A stretch of 63,925 bases of DNA, the filler included, from Neoconidiobolus thromboides FSU 785 (lineage: Eukaryota; Fungi; Entomophthoromycota): NCBI GenBank assembly GCA_025603075.1. It is 5 parts of 5 records of this genome, joined end to end, with 100 filler letters (N's around TTAATTAATTAA, not from the genome) between each part and the next. Parts side by side here need not be neighbours in the genome. Positions count along the whole stretch, not along the records: positions 22,773 to 44,926 come from MU626537.1; 4 more parts are not named here. One strand, written 5' to 3'. The position numbers and the translations under genes were made by a program. The notes below the pieces were generated by a model, which was not told the origin of the DNA, ran no database searches, and worked only from the letters and a program-made list of their open reading frames with translations. This document shows, piece by piece, positions 23,515-38,400 of the stretch (the stretch's first letter is position 1; each line of letters starts with the position of its first letter).

Positions 23515-23610
23515 AGGAGTGTCTTCTTTTTGTATAAAAATCATATTACTAATTTTTTCACTTGACATCGCTTAAGAGATAAAAAATAAAAGAAACCAAA
23601 AAATACTCAC
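23515..23610 (+). mobile_element. Degenerate MITE copy
   Basis: Diverged family match, ATAT flanks. Confidence 0.65.
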
Positions 23611-23706
23611 ATATTTTTTATTTCAACTTTCAATAAATTTTCATTATGTTTTCTATCATCAAATTCATTTGTAGTATATATAGTTTATTTGTTACTTTTA
23701 ATATAT

Positions 23707-23806
23707 GCGAGTGTTTTTTTTGACTTCATTATTTTTTTCTATTTTTTTAAGCGTTATTTAAGCGGAAAATTTGTTAGTAAATTCTTAAATACAAAAACAC
23801 ATCTCC
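23707..23806 (-). mobile_element. MITE copy
   Basis: Family consensus. Confidence 0.85.
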
Positions 23807-24468
23807 ATACAGTGTAAAATTTTGTTAAAAAATAGCAAGTCTTATTTCAAAATACAAATATTTTTAAATCTGCTGTAGGAAGAGAGATGTCATCTTTAAA
23901 AAGTTAGTTTTTAACAAAAGATCAAAATGATTAAATAGTTATCAGGCTATGAGAAAGAAAAGCCAAATAATGAGCAGTCCTTACAAGGGTTAAAGTTCAA
24001 ACCCATAACGTATAGTAATATTCTTGAAGAGATTAGGAGCAAGAAATTTAGAGAGAGGACGTTTATGAGAGAACAAACTAATAAAGATAAAGGAAAGTTT
24101 CAAGAAAATTAACTCAACACAACCTAGGTAGGTTTATTTAGTGTTAATTAAAATAATAATGGTCAGTTTAAGGACTCAATAATACATTTGGGAAAATCAA
24201 TGATTTAAGGAAATTTATTGCTTCTTTTCAAGATAAAAGTCATGTCTTTGATTTAAATGTTTAATTATCAAAAAAATTAAAGCATATACATGCATTTGAA
24301 ATATTAAATTTGTATAAAACATTTATAATCAATTTTGTATAATAAGCATAGATCTTATTTTGCTTCTTTAGATCTACTATGAGTAGAAAAGCACTAAAGT
24401 CGATTCTTCTTTACCAGGAAGGCTGGTTTAAATGGTATAATTCTTAGAGTTCATTAATTTAAACATTT

Positions 24469-24558
24469 GGTGTTTTTTTGGCTTCATTGCTTTTTCCATC
24501 TTTTAAGCGCCATTTGAGCGGAAAATTGTTAGTAAAATTCAAACAAAAATACATCCCC
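24469..24558 (-). mobile_element. MITE copy
   Basis: Family consensus, TSD ATTT/ATTT. Confidence 0.85.
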
Positions 24559-24995
24559 ATTTAATATTTTATTTTAGTTAATAAATTATTTAGGGCTAAC
24601 TCTCGAAAAATAAACTGTATAAATTAATAATTAGCCAACCAGTCTTCTAAAAACCTAATCAATCATTACTTATTGAGTTTTAACATTAATAGATTATTTT
24701 AATTTTAGTATTTTTATAAAAAAATAGTAATTTATGATTATAATATAAAGAAGTTAAAATTACAATTATTTTTTTATGAAACTAATAAAATTAAAATGAC
24801 CCATTGTTGTTAAAACTCAATGAATAATTAGCAATTAATTTAAAACTTATAGTAATGCGAATAGAATGTTACATTAAATACCTAAATAATACAACTCAAA
24901 AGCTTGACTAAAGGATATAAAAGCGAATAAAATATTTAATTAAAAATTTTAAAAAACAATTTCTAATACTCGAAATTAACACAGTAAAAATCAAA

Positions 24996-25196
24996 ATGAA
25001 ATTCATTTACTTAACTACTTCTATTGTTACCATTCTTGCGGCACCTTCTGCTTTTGAATTCAATAGCGAAAGTGTTTCAACTTTCAATCTCAACGTTGAT
25101 ATAAAGTCAGATTCTAACCCTAGTAATGAACCGGATCTAATACCATCAGATTTAATCAATACAGCAGGTAATGTAATAGTCCAAGGTAGTACTTGA
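24996..25196 (+). CDS. Short putative secreted protein or eroded gene (may be exon 1 only)
   Basis: MKFIYLTTSIVTILAAP signal-like start, AAAATG context, TATAAAA upstream. No family recognised. Confidence 0.45.
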   Translation: MKFIYLTTSIVTILAAPSAFEFNSESVSTFNLNVDIKSDSNPSNEPDLIPSDLINTAGNVIVQGST

Positions 25197-26209
25197 ATTT
25201 ATGGTAATGTTAGGCACTAAAAAAATCCCAAAGTCTTATAATAAACAATTGATGAAACAATTGATTTAGGATGATCTACTATAAAACTTGAGTTATAGTT
25301 CAAATTTTCAATTAATTTTAGACATTAAGATACAAATTTTGTACCTTTAATTTAACTTATGAAGAGCTACTAACTTAACGTTAAACGATCTCTTCGAGAA
25401 CTAATTGAAATAGATATGATTAGTCGCTGCTTTCCGTATTCTTTTTAATAATTTTTTGGTTCCAATTGATAACATCAGTTTATAAAAAAGCTCAAAACCA
25501 ATTCAAAGACTACACTTTTCATAACATTATTTTGAAAAAAAATCGAATGAACTTCAATAGTTTTAAAGCAAGCTTTGAACGTGCTTCATTTAATACTGAA
25601 ATCATTATTAGTTTACATCCTTGCTATAGTTGCCTTCAAATTTCTCTATGAGTACTAATGTTTATGCAAGCGTCGTTATAAATAGTCACTTTACTCGTAA
25701 CATTGAATATAGTAATGGCTACTAATTTGTTATTTGTTAAAACTAAAATTCGATTCTTATTTCTTTAGTAAATTGACTTGAACTTAAATTGTGTTATGCT
25801 ACTTTATATAAACTAGTAAAACTTGCCTATATAAGTGTTATTTATACTTTGTTAAATGGTTATTTTTTGCTCATATTAAATCAGTTGAAGTAGAGATTTA
25901 AACTACTTTAATCAATTAAAATAGGAGTCAATTGTTATTTTAAATCTCATGTTTATTAATTTCTTCTATAATCTTTTGACCTAATGAATATCTAACTTCA
26001 CTGGACTCAAAGCCCATTTTATTTTCATAAAAATAATATACCATTTACTCAGCCTAAAATCACACATTAAATCATGGCCAAGCTTAAGCTTACACCCCCC
26101 TAAAAATTCCAATTTCATTAAATCTATTCTAAGTGTCAAGCAAATGGCTAATATGTTATAAAAACCTCATCAAAATAAACTTGAGCTAATTTTAAATATA
26201 TATATACAA

Positions 26210-26704
26210 ATGTCATTCAATTTCCCTATTTTATTAATAATATTGAACTACTTCAGTCTATTCTATTCGTTTCCAACAACTAATAGCAAACCAACAACCC
26301 TGAATCTTGAATCCGCTTCATCAATTATAGTGTGTTCCGCCTGCACCCCAGAATCCACTATCCATGGTTTGACTACTGACTTCGGCCTTGGTAATGACTT
26401 AAGTTTGGGCAATACGCTTGTCTCTGGTGCTGGTGGTGGAGGTGGTAGTACTTTTAATAACCAAGAAATAAGCAGTGGAGCTGGATTTGGATTAGGGACA
26501 CAAATAAAAGATTTCATTAGTTTTGGTGGAGGTGGAGGTGGTGGAAGTAGTAAAAAATCCAATTCGGTTGGTATTGGTGGAGGTGGAGGTGGAGGTATTG
26601 ATGTGAACAAAGTGATTAAAGTAGATGGCGGGGGAGGTGGTGGGATGAAAGATAAAGAAGTGGATGAATCGATTAATTTAACTGTTGAGGTTGGGGGAGT
26701 TTAA
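26210..26704 (+). CDS. Secreted glycine-rich protein
   Basis: Signal peptide, CxxC, four G5-G7 tracts separated by short strand-like segments, 164 aa. Confidence 0.8.
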   Translation: MSFNFPILLIILNYFSLFYSFPTTNSKPTTLNLESASSIIVCSACTPESTIHGLTTDFGLGNDLSLGNTLVSGAGGGGGSTFNNQEISSGAGFGLGTQIKDFISFGGGGGGGSSKKSNSVGIGGGGGGGIDVNKVIKVDGGGGGGMKDKEVDESINLTVEVGGV

Positions 26705-26969
26705 TAAGGGTATGTAATTAATAGTGTAAATTAAATTAAAATGTATTTTAATCAATAAAATCAAGTATCTTAATTGTTTGATATATTAACTTGTTTGTAA
26801 TATTATTTAATAACTAGTTTAATAAAACTAGATTCTACCACATATGAATTTATAACTAGACAAAATATTGTATTATCATTCATATCTTCAGAAAAACCAA
26901 CTCAATAAAAACTATATTAATAACTAAACATAAAAAAACTCCAAAACTATAAAAAAACTCTATTATTTA

Positions 26970-29900
26970 TTACTCCTTAACTAATGAAAAATATTGTCTT
27001 AGAGCGTCCGCAAGCACATGAGGTAGAGAATGTACATCCTTTAAAATAGTATAAAATCTAAATGGAAAACTATCTAAATATTTGTTCATTGATAGAGTCA
27101 TCTGGCCATCTTGATTGGTAATATAATTAACATTTTGAATATTTAAAATACTTTCGGAAACATTTGGTTTAGTGTCCAACACAATAAAAATTACCATAAC
27201 TCTCAATTCTTCTGCTCTTCTTAATAATGCTTTTAATTGGTCGTGTGATTCACAAATACCGTCTGATAAGATCAATTGTAACTGCCAAAGATCTTCATTA
27301 TTTCCTGCTAACCCTTTAGATTGTTCGAAATAATCCAATGTCGTTTGTAACATCTTTTTTAAATCTGTTTGTTGTTGATTAAAAGAAAATTGATGAATTA
27401 CTTGATTACCCATATCATTGGTCATTGGCATATCAAAAGAATGTAATAAATTGACTTTTTCTCCAAAACTAACAATGGCTAACTTACCTACTTCTAATTG
27501 ATTTAAGGCTTTAGTAACTAATGCTAACGACTCAAACGTCAATTGGACAGTGCTTGGATTCCCCATGGATTTAGAATCATCAACAGCTAACATTACTTGA
27601 TATTGCCTTTGAGATGGTTTAGTACGACGTAACCAAATTTTATCTTTTTTAAATTGAGAAGCTATATATGGAATTATCTTTTTCATATTTAATCTTTTAC
27701 CCGTACGATAATCTCCTTTTAATTTCGTAGCTAATGTAGGTTCTAATATCAATCTTAATTGCTCACTTAAATTTAATGCTAAATCATTTGTCATCATTTC
27801 ATATTTACGCCACATTTCTCGATATTGATATCTCGTTTCATTATCGTTGTTATATCCTTGAATTAACTGTTCTTCCATTTGTTTTCTCATATCATCTATT
27901 GATTGAACATCTGATTGATTTTCATTTAATAATCCAGCTTCATCTTCATTCATTTGAATATTACTTTGAACAAAAGAAGTAGTAATATGTTGAATTTTAT
28001 TTTTTTCATCATATTGAAAATCAAGTTCGTTTTCTATTGCTTGAACAGAAGATTCTATATTTTTATTTTCATTTTCAATTAATACTTGTTCTTCCAATTG
28101 TTCCAATGGTATAGCCAATGAGTCTTTAAATTGTTCTTCATTAGCAGCACCTAAAGCTTCGCCTTCGGCCTCTTCATCCTCTTCAATAAATTCAAATTCT
28201 TTTTCTGCATTATCATCAATGGGCATTGGATTTTCTTTTTTATCTTCATTAAATTCTTCTTCTTCTTCTTCTTTAGTATCTTGATCATTAACTTCCAATC
28301 TTTGCTTCCATTTATTTAATGCATCAGCTAATACACGTTGAGGATTAGTTTCATCTAATTTTTTATCATCATCATCATCTCCTTCTGCTTTTTCTTCATT
28401 AGCTTTTTCATCTATTTTATTCTCATTATTTTGATCTTGATTACTTTTACTATTTTGTTCTTTATTTTGAATTTCATTTTGAATTTCATTTTCCATCATA
28501 TCACCTTCATTATCTTGATCCATATTACCTTGTTCACCTTTAACCCCTAGTGTTTGATTTGGATATTTTTCTTGTTGTTGATGTGATTGGATATCATTTT
28601 CTTCAAGTTCCGTTGGTTTATCTTCTGCTTCATTATCTTCTTGTTCACCTTCCAATTTTTCTTTTTCATCAGTTTCATTCTTTGAATTAATATTATCTAT
28701 TTCATTTTCTTCTTGATTTTCTTCTTCATTATTGATATCATCATCCTCTTCATTTTGATTTAAGTCCAGATAATTCTTTTCAAATTCATGTGGTTGGTCT
28801 TCATTTTCATCATCACCATCATCATCCATATTATCATCCTCTTGAATAGTTTCATTATTTTCCATATCAACTTCATCATCCGATTTAAAATCATTTTCAT
28901 CTTCATCATCTATATCTTCTTTCTCTTTTTCATCTTCTTCGATATCCAATTCTAAATCTTCTGGTAATTCAAGATTCTCACCTTCTGGAAGATCTATAGG
29001 TTTTGTAGTTTCATTATCTGGTTGATCTTCAAATTCATTTTCATCAAATTCATTACCATCTTCTTCTTGATGTTCATCACCATCTTCTTCTTGTGAATCC
29101 ATATTATCCTCTTTGTTTTCTTTTTGATCTTTTTCAAAATCTTTTTCATCTTGATTTTTTTCATTTAAATCTTCTTCATCTTTAGCTACAATATCTTCTT
29201 CCTCGCCCATATCTTTACCTTGATCACCAACATCCTTTTTGGGTTCATCGTTATCAATATTTTCTTCATCACCCCACATTTTTTCATCAATTGCATCCTC
29301 CTCATCTTGTAGATCACCTAATTGATCATCGATTTCTTCATCTTCATCTTCATCTTCACTATTTTCTTCATCCGATTTATCTTCCGATTCATTATTCGAT
29401 ACATCTTCCAATTCACCTTCAAAATCTTGTTCCATTTCGAATGCTTTTTCTTTTTCTTTTTCATTTTGTTCATGATTTGATTTCTCTTCATTTTTAGTAC
29501 CATTCACTTGGTTTTCATCTTCAATTTCATCCCCAACATCTTGATCCCCTTCACCTTCACCAATACCAGTACCTGTTTGACCTTCTAATCCTTGACCTTC
29601 TTTAACTTCCTCTTCTTCTAATGATGGTAAACAAAAGCCTTGAGTTATCAATGTAATCGATAAATTACATACAACATAACCCAGTTTACTTATGGATTTA
29701 TGAAAGCTAATAAATTCAAATAAAATTTGTCGAGAAATCAAAAATTGTTGCATAATAAAAGGTTGAATTTTGTTCAATTTTAAAGTTAATTGCTGTTCAA
29801 TCTCAGCTGAATTCTTTAATTGTAATAAACTAAAATTTTGTATTGATTGAATAATTTCATTTAATTGTTGATTTAATTGGGTTAAATTTAACATTGGAAA

Positions 29901-32405
29901 TATATTTTTAAAATATTCTTTTTGTACATTAAAATGATTTAATTGAAAATTAAATTGATCTATTTCACTCTTAGATTGTTGATAATTTCGATTTAATTTG
30001 ACCATTTTTTGAATAGATAATTGAACACATTCAATTAATCCAATCACTTTATTATCAATTATTTCCAATTGTTCCTTAAAATATTGATCATTTGAAACTT
30101 TCATAGCTGGTATTTTCTTGTTACTTAAATATTCTTTTAAATTGTTAACTATTGGTAGTAATAAACTAATACATTTACTATCACTTTCAACAATATCTGA
30201 AATTTTCAATTCAACATTATTTAAACATTTTTCAATCATTTCTATCAAAGAACTTAATTCAAAGTTAGATAAAGAAGGGCTATTTAATATTTGTGGATAC
30301 AATACTAGATTAGAATAATATAAATTAACTTTGTTTTGAATTTCATTAACATTTATAAGTTCATTATTGACTTTATCTAAAGTATCATTATTAAATGCCT
30401 CTTTCTTTGCTTCAATAACAATAATAACATCTCTTAGTGTGTGACAAATTTGATCCAAGATCTTTTTATCTTCCACTAATTTTAATTGTAATTGATAATC
30501 CAACTTGAGTCCATTTTTAACAGTTTCATTAAGGACCATGATAGGCGCTTGAACTTTAATCATGTCCGTAAATACAATTTCTAATAATTCCCTTTGCTGT
30601 GAAATTTCATTACAAATAGAAAATGTAAATCCTAATCCCTTTTCAATATCTAGAATGGTTGCATCTGGTTTAGGTTCTAAAGCACAATTTCTTAAGTGAG
30701 CTAACCTTGAATATAATCGTTGTGTATAAAAATTTGCTTTCTCCCAATCAAAACTATTAGCATAAAGTGAACCAAATCTGGGATCTAAATTCACTTGTCC
30801 ATTATTCCATAATAAATTAGGAAGTTGAATATGAACTTGCTGAAATAAAAAGCCTAATTTTTGATTTTGATGAATAGAGCTACGGTATCTTAATCCAATA
30901 AATTTCAATTGTTTCCAAAAATCATTTAATGATTTTCTTTTAATCATTTTTCGTGTTTTTATATATTTTATTCTTTCTTCACGATCCTCAGGTATCTTTT
31001 CGTTTTGAAATTCCGTTATCTGTGTTAATACTTCTGTTAAAAACTCTTCAATAGCATTTATTCCATTCTTATTCTCCATTGTTTTTAATTGAATAATTTC
31101 TTTTTGATAATATGCTTGTATTTTATCTAATAATAATTTATCTTCAATATTCATTTTTTCGGTTGAATATAAACTATGTTCTAATAATATTGTATTAAAA
31201 CTAACATTACTTTTATTATCTTTCAATACATTTTTAAAATTAGTATCTAATACATTTTGTTGTACTTGTTCCAAAATAATAGAAACTGGTTGAATTAATA
31301 CTTCTCTAAATTTCTTACATAATTTAGATAAATTACGATGACTTTTTTGTGCACTTTGTTTCAGTGCATTAATATTTACATCTTTCCAACTAGCAATTTT
31401 GACTAATCCTTTTAATTGTTTATTAATTGGCTTTCTATTAAACTCAATATGATTTTTAACCGAAGATAAAAATTGTTCATAAAATAGATATAAATTAGAT
31501 ATTATTTTTTGTAATTTGATTTCTAATTCGGTTGATTTATTATATAATTTCTTTAAATTTAAATGTTGATACATCATTTGAATTAATTTTACCCTAGAAT
31601 GAAATTCTCCAATATTTGAAGATCTTAAAAATTGATCTAATGTTTGTATTGTTGTATCTAAATAAGACTCCATTTCCTCATTTGACATATCATTATTATT
31701 AGTAACTACTTGATAGATATTAAACCACCAATTGAAAGCAGTTAATTTAAAATCTTCATGAATAGAATCTAAAAGAGTAGGCCAGGAACCTAATTCTAAT
31801 TGTCTCCATTTAATAATTAATTGAGTAATTTGATCCATATTCTTTCTTAATGAGATTCCTTTATGTGCATATTCTTCCCAATCTTGTGTTTTCTTCAATA
31901 ATAATTCCATACCAGTTAAAAATTTCATTATTGAACAAGTAGCATCTAATTCCAATAAAAAATTAGCTTGTTTTAATAATTCTATTAAAATAGCATGTTC
32001 TGGCCACTCAATTAATAGTTCATTAATTCTGTTAATAAATTGATTAATTACTTCAATTGCTGTTTGAGCTTCACCTAAGTTACTTGAATGATAAAAATTA
32101 TAAGGTACGTTACCAAATATACTATTTTTAATACTAGAAGATTTATTAATATCTTTTAATTTTTTTAATGAAATATCTGATATTATTGAATGAGCTGTAT
32201 TTAATTTTAAATCCAAATCAAATTTAAATGGTATTTGTTGGTATTGAATTAATTCACTACAAATTAAATAAGATTCATATAATATGTTTTGCTTTTCATT
32301 ACAAGATAATAAATTTAATTCAATTTTACCGCTATTAAATTGAGTTAATAATTGATGAATTATTACAATTTCTCTTATAAATTGAGGTTCCATTTCATTT
32401 AATTG

Positions 32406-32468
<63 letters not shown>

Positions 32469-35400
32469 GTTATTATCTTCATTTTCAAATTCTAATTCAA
32501 AATTAGGAAATAATGATTGCATTTCTTTAACTAACAATTCTTCTTCATTTAACTCTAAATTTTCCTCAACTCTTGTTCTCTTTTTATATAATTCATCTAA
32601 CAATAAATTATCTTTCTGTTGTTGCTCTTGAATTAAATTAAACAATTGTTGAATTTCATTATAAACCATTTCAAATTCTTTATGATTTTCACTTGAAAAA
32701 TAACCTTGATTACCCACTTGTAATAAAAATCGTTTAGTTATTATTAATAATAATTTCCCATATAATTGAATTTTATTAATAGAATAATTATTTATTAATT
32801 TCTTTTTAATTAAGTCTAAACAATTGTTTTTCATTATTATTTTCATAAATGAGTTGTCTTGATGAATTATTGTATTAGGATAACTTAATAAAACTTCACA
32901 TATATTTTGAATAGCATTATCTAATAAATTTTTACTTTCTAATCCTAAACATAATAATCTCAAACCATCTTTAATATTCAACAAATTGAATTCAATAGGT
33001 TTAATTAAATCTAAATAAAAAGAATACTTTTTATTCAATCTTGAAATGAAATCTTGAATATTTGATTGAATTAAATTTTCTTTTTGTTTTGAATTATTAA
33101 CTTGTTCATTCTCTAATTCTTTAATTAAATTAAATATTGTATCTTTACTAATAATATGTTGATTTAAATATTCTAATTCATTAAATAAGGATAATAATTG
33201 ACATTCATTTGGTCTTAAAATTACTTTTTTCTTTAATTTGTTTAATTTGTCCTCTACTTTTTCTAATTTCTTTTGTAATTTATTAATTTCTAAATTATCA
33301 ATTTCTCCATTTAAATTTTGTTGAATTATAATTAAACTATTTAATTTTCCACTTAATTCAATTTTCCTTTCTAACATGATTTGATATTGAATATTGATTT
33401 TAATAACAGGATCATAAGCATATTTAGTAATTGTTAATGTATGAAATCCTAATGCTAGATAAATCCAGGCTTTACCAAGTAATTTATAAATTAATTTTGA
33501 TTGTAAATTAATAGTAAATTGATTAACACAAGAATGTATAAAAGAAAGTGCTGGATTAATGAATTGAATTATACATTCATTAAAAGCATTGAATTCAACT
33601 TTCAATAAGCTTTGTTTTAGTTCCATAATATTAATTAAGATTATATTAAATTGCTTTTTATTATTGTTTTTATTATTTGAATTGTCTAAATATTGAATAA
33701 ATGATAATTTTTCTAATTGATTAAATATATTATTTAAATAATATTGTAATTCTTGTTTTAACTTATTTTGTTTAATGAATATTGAAAAACACTCTAATAA
33801 TTGATAAATTCTATAAAATAAATTTTTAATTGATAATTGAATTGGATTATTTTGATTATTCATTTTATCGAATAACATATTTTTAATATTTTCCATACTT
33901 TGAATTACTGGATTAATCATTTTTAATGGCAGTTGATTTAATGATTTTACTAAATTAATCATAGTTAAAGTATTAGTAGATTGATAAAAATTAGCTTGTC
34001 CATTATAAAAATCATTATTAAATTCATAATTTTCAAATGTTTGATTTAAATAATTTAAAGTACAGTTATTCCATATACGATTATTATGATTGATTTGTTG
34101 ATCTAATATAAATCCAATTAATTGATTATTATTATTATTATTATTATTATTATTTAAATTGTAATTTTGTAAATACCATATAATTTTTTGATACATAATA
34201 AAATCTAATACTGTTCTTGAACTTTGATTAAAGTTAAATAATAACCAATGATTTAATTGATTAATAATATCTTCTAATTCACTTTGATTTTGATTTTGAT
34301 TTTGATTTTTAATAAATTCATTTAATTTCATTAATATATTGGCTTCTAATGTTAAACTATGATAATCTAATAATGACATGATTTGTATACTAAGTTCCTT
34401 ATTTTTAATAGAACAATTCTTCATTTCTTTTTGTTGATTAAAATTAATTAACAATAACTCATAATTTTCTTCTAATATAGATTCAATGGATTTCAAACTT
34501 AATTCAAATGTTTCATCTTGTTCATTTAGAATAAACAAAGATGTCATTGCACTTAAAATATGTTGATTTGATTTTGATGAATTTCTTATAAATGGATTAT
34601 GTATTAAATCTTTATCTTTTAAATTAATAATATCTAAATTATTTAACTTATTTTTCCATTTTAAATAAATTTCATTTAATTTGATATTATTTAATTTAGG
34701 ATATTGATAATACGACCAAATCAATTCTAACCCAATATTTTGATCTTTACCAATAATATTAAACAATTGTTCACTAATTATAATAATTTCATTAATATAT
34801 TCCTTATTCTCTATTTTAATTAAATTTTGAATTTCATTAATTATGAAATAAAATTCAGAAATATTCATCTGATATTGATAACTTAACTTCCAAAACTTAA
34901 CTAAATAATATAATAATGAATTTAATTGGTCTAAATTTAATTGACTTTCCTGTAATTGAAATAGCCATTGGAAAATAAATTCGTCGATTTGTTTAATAAA
35001 TGGAAATAATAAACAAATTAATTCTGAATATTCTCCTTCTGGTATAATTTGATTTTTAAAATACAATATTGATTTTTCCATTAAACAAAAGTTATCTATT
35101 TTATCATCTAAATTTTTAATACTTTCTTCTTTCATATATAAATATTGAAAATATTCAAATATTAATGTGATCTTATTCAAACTTAATTTAAATTGCTTCA
35201 TTTCATTTTCTTTTGATTTGAAATTACGTTCAAGTAATATCATTAATTTATGATTATATTTAAATTCTACTGGTAATATTAACTCATTCTCATTATTATC
35301 ATTTATATTATTTTCATTTTCCTTTTCATTTTTTATCTTCTTAATATTCTCTTTTAATTCATTGAAATAGCCACTATCTTCCCATTTAATTAATATAAAT

Positions 35401-38400
35401 AATAACTCTTCAATTTCTAATTTAGCTATTTTATCTACTTTACTCTTAAACCAATTAAGTATGTCCATTCTTAATTTAATATCTTCATAACTACTTCTTT
35501 CAATAAAATAATTACCTGCCATTTGTACTTGAATTTTCCAGCTTAGATCTCTCTCTTTTTTCATTAATAAATGATATAATCCAGAAGATTCTATTAATAA
35601 TTGATATAATTTCGAATCTAAACTTATTAAATTTTGTTGTGGTAAAGTAATAATATTATTAGATAATGAAATCTCTTGATTTAAAACTTCACTTTTAATA
35701 TCTTCTACTTTATAAACTGTTTTTACTGTTTGTTTTAAAGCTAAATCAAAAGGAATACCACGTTGCATTCTTTCCATAATCCATTGACATAAGAATGAGA
35801 ATTCTCTTGGTTTACCATATATAAATTGAAGTTCATGTTGATTATTTTGATAGCATAATATTTGATGATGAGTCTTTATTAACTTTTGAATTTGATGTGA
35901 ATTAAAGGAACCAATCAAATTTGCTACATTATTTAAATCAAATTCATTTGATGACCATTCCATTTCATTAATAAAATTGATTTCAATTCCTCTATTACGC
36001 ATAGGTCTTGATAATTCTCCATAACTTGAATCCATTGCTAAAAAGATTCGAAAATTAGAATGTGGTTGACAAAATTGAATGTTTCCATTTGAATCTAATC
36101 CTCTTTCATGTAACATTAAATTTCCATTTGTTTCTAATAAAGGATTTAATCGATCTAATACAGAGGCATGACATAAATTAGCATTATCTATTAAAAACCA
36201 ATATCCTTTTTCCATAGCTTCTATCAATGGTCCTTCAATCCATTCAAATCGTCCTCCTGTTGATTCATTCATCAATTTAATTAAACTTTCTAAAGTTTTA
36301 TTTACTAACAAAAACTCATCTTCATCAACTAAGCTCTTTTTCCTTATATTATTAATAATTAATTTAATATTATCTATAAATGATATTATAGTTTCTTGAT
36401 TATTTGTTTCCCAATTAAATAAATTTAATTGGTATTCTATATTATTTAATAACATCAAGAAATGATATTTCATTTTATTTTGATTATCTTGATTATTAAC
36501 AATAAATTCTCTAGTTTGTTTAATAGAATCTAATAATCTATCTTTTAATAATTGAATATATCTAGCTGATTCCATTTGTTCAAAACCACCTAATAATTCC
36601 ATAGTATCTACCCCTAAATTCATAGAAAATTCTACTAATTTATTATTAGTTTGATTGGCTAACCATCGAATACATTTCGTTTTTCCACTACCTTGATTAC
36701 CAATTAATATACTCATCCAATTCATTTCTATACATTTCATTAAACTTTCCATGATAGTCAATTGAGTATGTAATAAATTTTGTTTAGAAAGTGTTAATAA
36801 TGATGTGGGGTTTCTTTTTAATATTGAATTACCAATTTGTATATATTTGGAATTAATAGTAACATTAGGTTGTATAGAGTATTCTTTTAAATTGTAATCT
36901 TTAAAATATTGTTGATATAAATTAATAACTCTATCTCTATCAGATTGACATCTCATTCTTTGTAAATAAATTAAATTAAAAAAATCATTTGGTAAATAAT
37001 TAATCTTATTATTAATTAATGAGTTATTTGATTTTGTAATTAATTGTAACCAACGAAATACATCTCTTAAATTGAATTCCCAAGGAGCACCTAATCTACC
37101 AAATTGTCCTTTTACCATTGTTTGTAAATGTAATTCAAAATTAAATCGTAACATATTATCAATTAATTCCTTCTCAACATTAGGAAAAGATTGATAACAA
37201 ATTAAACAAAGATCCGTAAATTGAAGTGGTTCTACATAAACTTGAGTAAATCGATTGACAAATGATTTTGGTAATCCTTTTCTACCACCTCCTTGTTGTA
37301 ATGGATTTTGAGCTGCAAAAACTTTAAATTCCATACTTTGCTCAAAACTTTTATCTAATTCTGGAATGAAAACTGTACCACGATGATCCAAACATGAATT
37401 CAAACCCTCTAAGACGGATTGAGATGCTAAATTGATTTCATCTAAAAGTACCCACCATCCTTTTTGCATTGCTTGTAAAAAGGGTGCATCTCTCCAAGCA
37501 AATTCACCCGATTTACCACCTTCCACTGGAAGATCTGTACCAAATAAATCCATTAAATCCGTTTGTTCAGATAAATTAATTCTTACTAAGGGTTTACAAC
37601 TTAAATCAGCTAATGCTTGTATTAAACTAGTTTTTCCAACACCTGGACTACCTTCTAACATAATTGGTTTACTAATTTGTAATGCACGTAATACTCTTCT
37701 CATATTATCAAATGTAGTTGGTGCCGTCAATGTGAAATCAATTTCTTTAACAATAGAATTTCCTTTTGTTATTGTAAATGGACCGATACCAAATTGAGTT
37801 TGATTGTTTATTAATAATGAATTGTAATAATGTAATACTTGATTAATATCCTTATCTTCAATAAATTGGTAAAAATCATTAAAATTAATCGTTTTTAAAT
37901 TACAAATAGTAATTAATTGAATTAAACATTTTTGACGTAATTCTTGAATTACTTTTGGATTTTCTATATGCATTGAAGACATGGAAGAATTCGAACCTAA
38001 ACCATCTAAAAATACTAAACTACCACCATGAATAAAGGCTAAATTAATATCTTGAATTGTTTTATAACATTTTTCTATAAATCCAGCCCAGGATAAAATA
38101 TCTCTTAAACTAAATAATTGATTGGAATTACTATTAGAATTTAATGTAATTGTAAACCAATTAATAAATTTTAACATGTTAATAGCAATTGTATTGGCTT
38201 CTTTTTTAGTAAATAATTTCAATCTCTCTTGAATAATTTGAATTAAATCCTCTTCATCTTTAACAGTAGGCACCCAAATTTCTGTAAATCGATTTCTAAG
38301 TGCAGGTGATAATTCTTTTTTACCAAAATCCCCCCCTGGATTCATTGTAGCTAAAAATTTGAATTTTTCATTACCATATAATTCTTCAACTATTTCTGTA

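Noticed and set aside
23870-24130. Purine-rich coding-like stretch
   Set aside because: Short broken frames with no recognisable domain.
26263-26610. Poly-Pro ORF on the minus strand; likewise 22798-23001, 13282-13923, 27776-42136 and 54414-54710 small ORFs
   Set aside because: Antisense or alternate-frame shadows of real genes.
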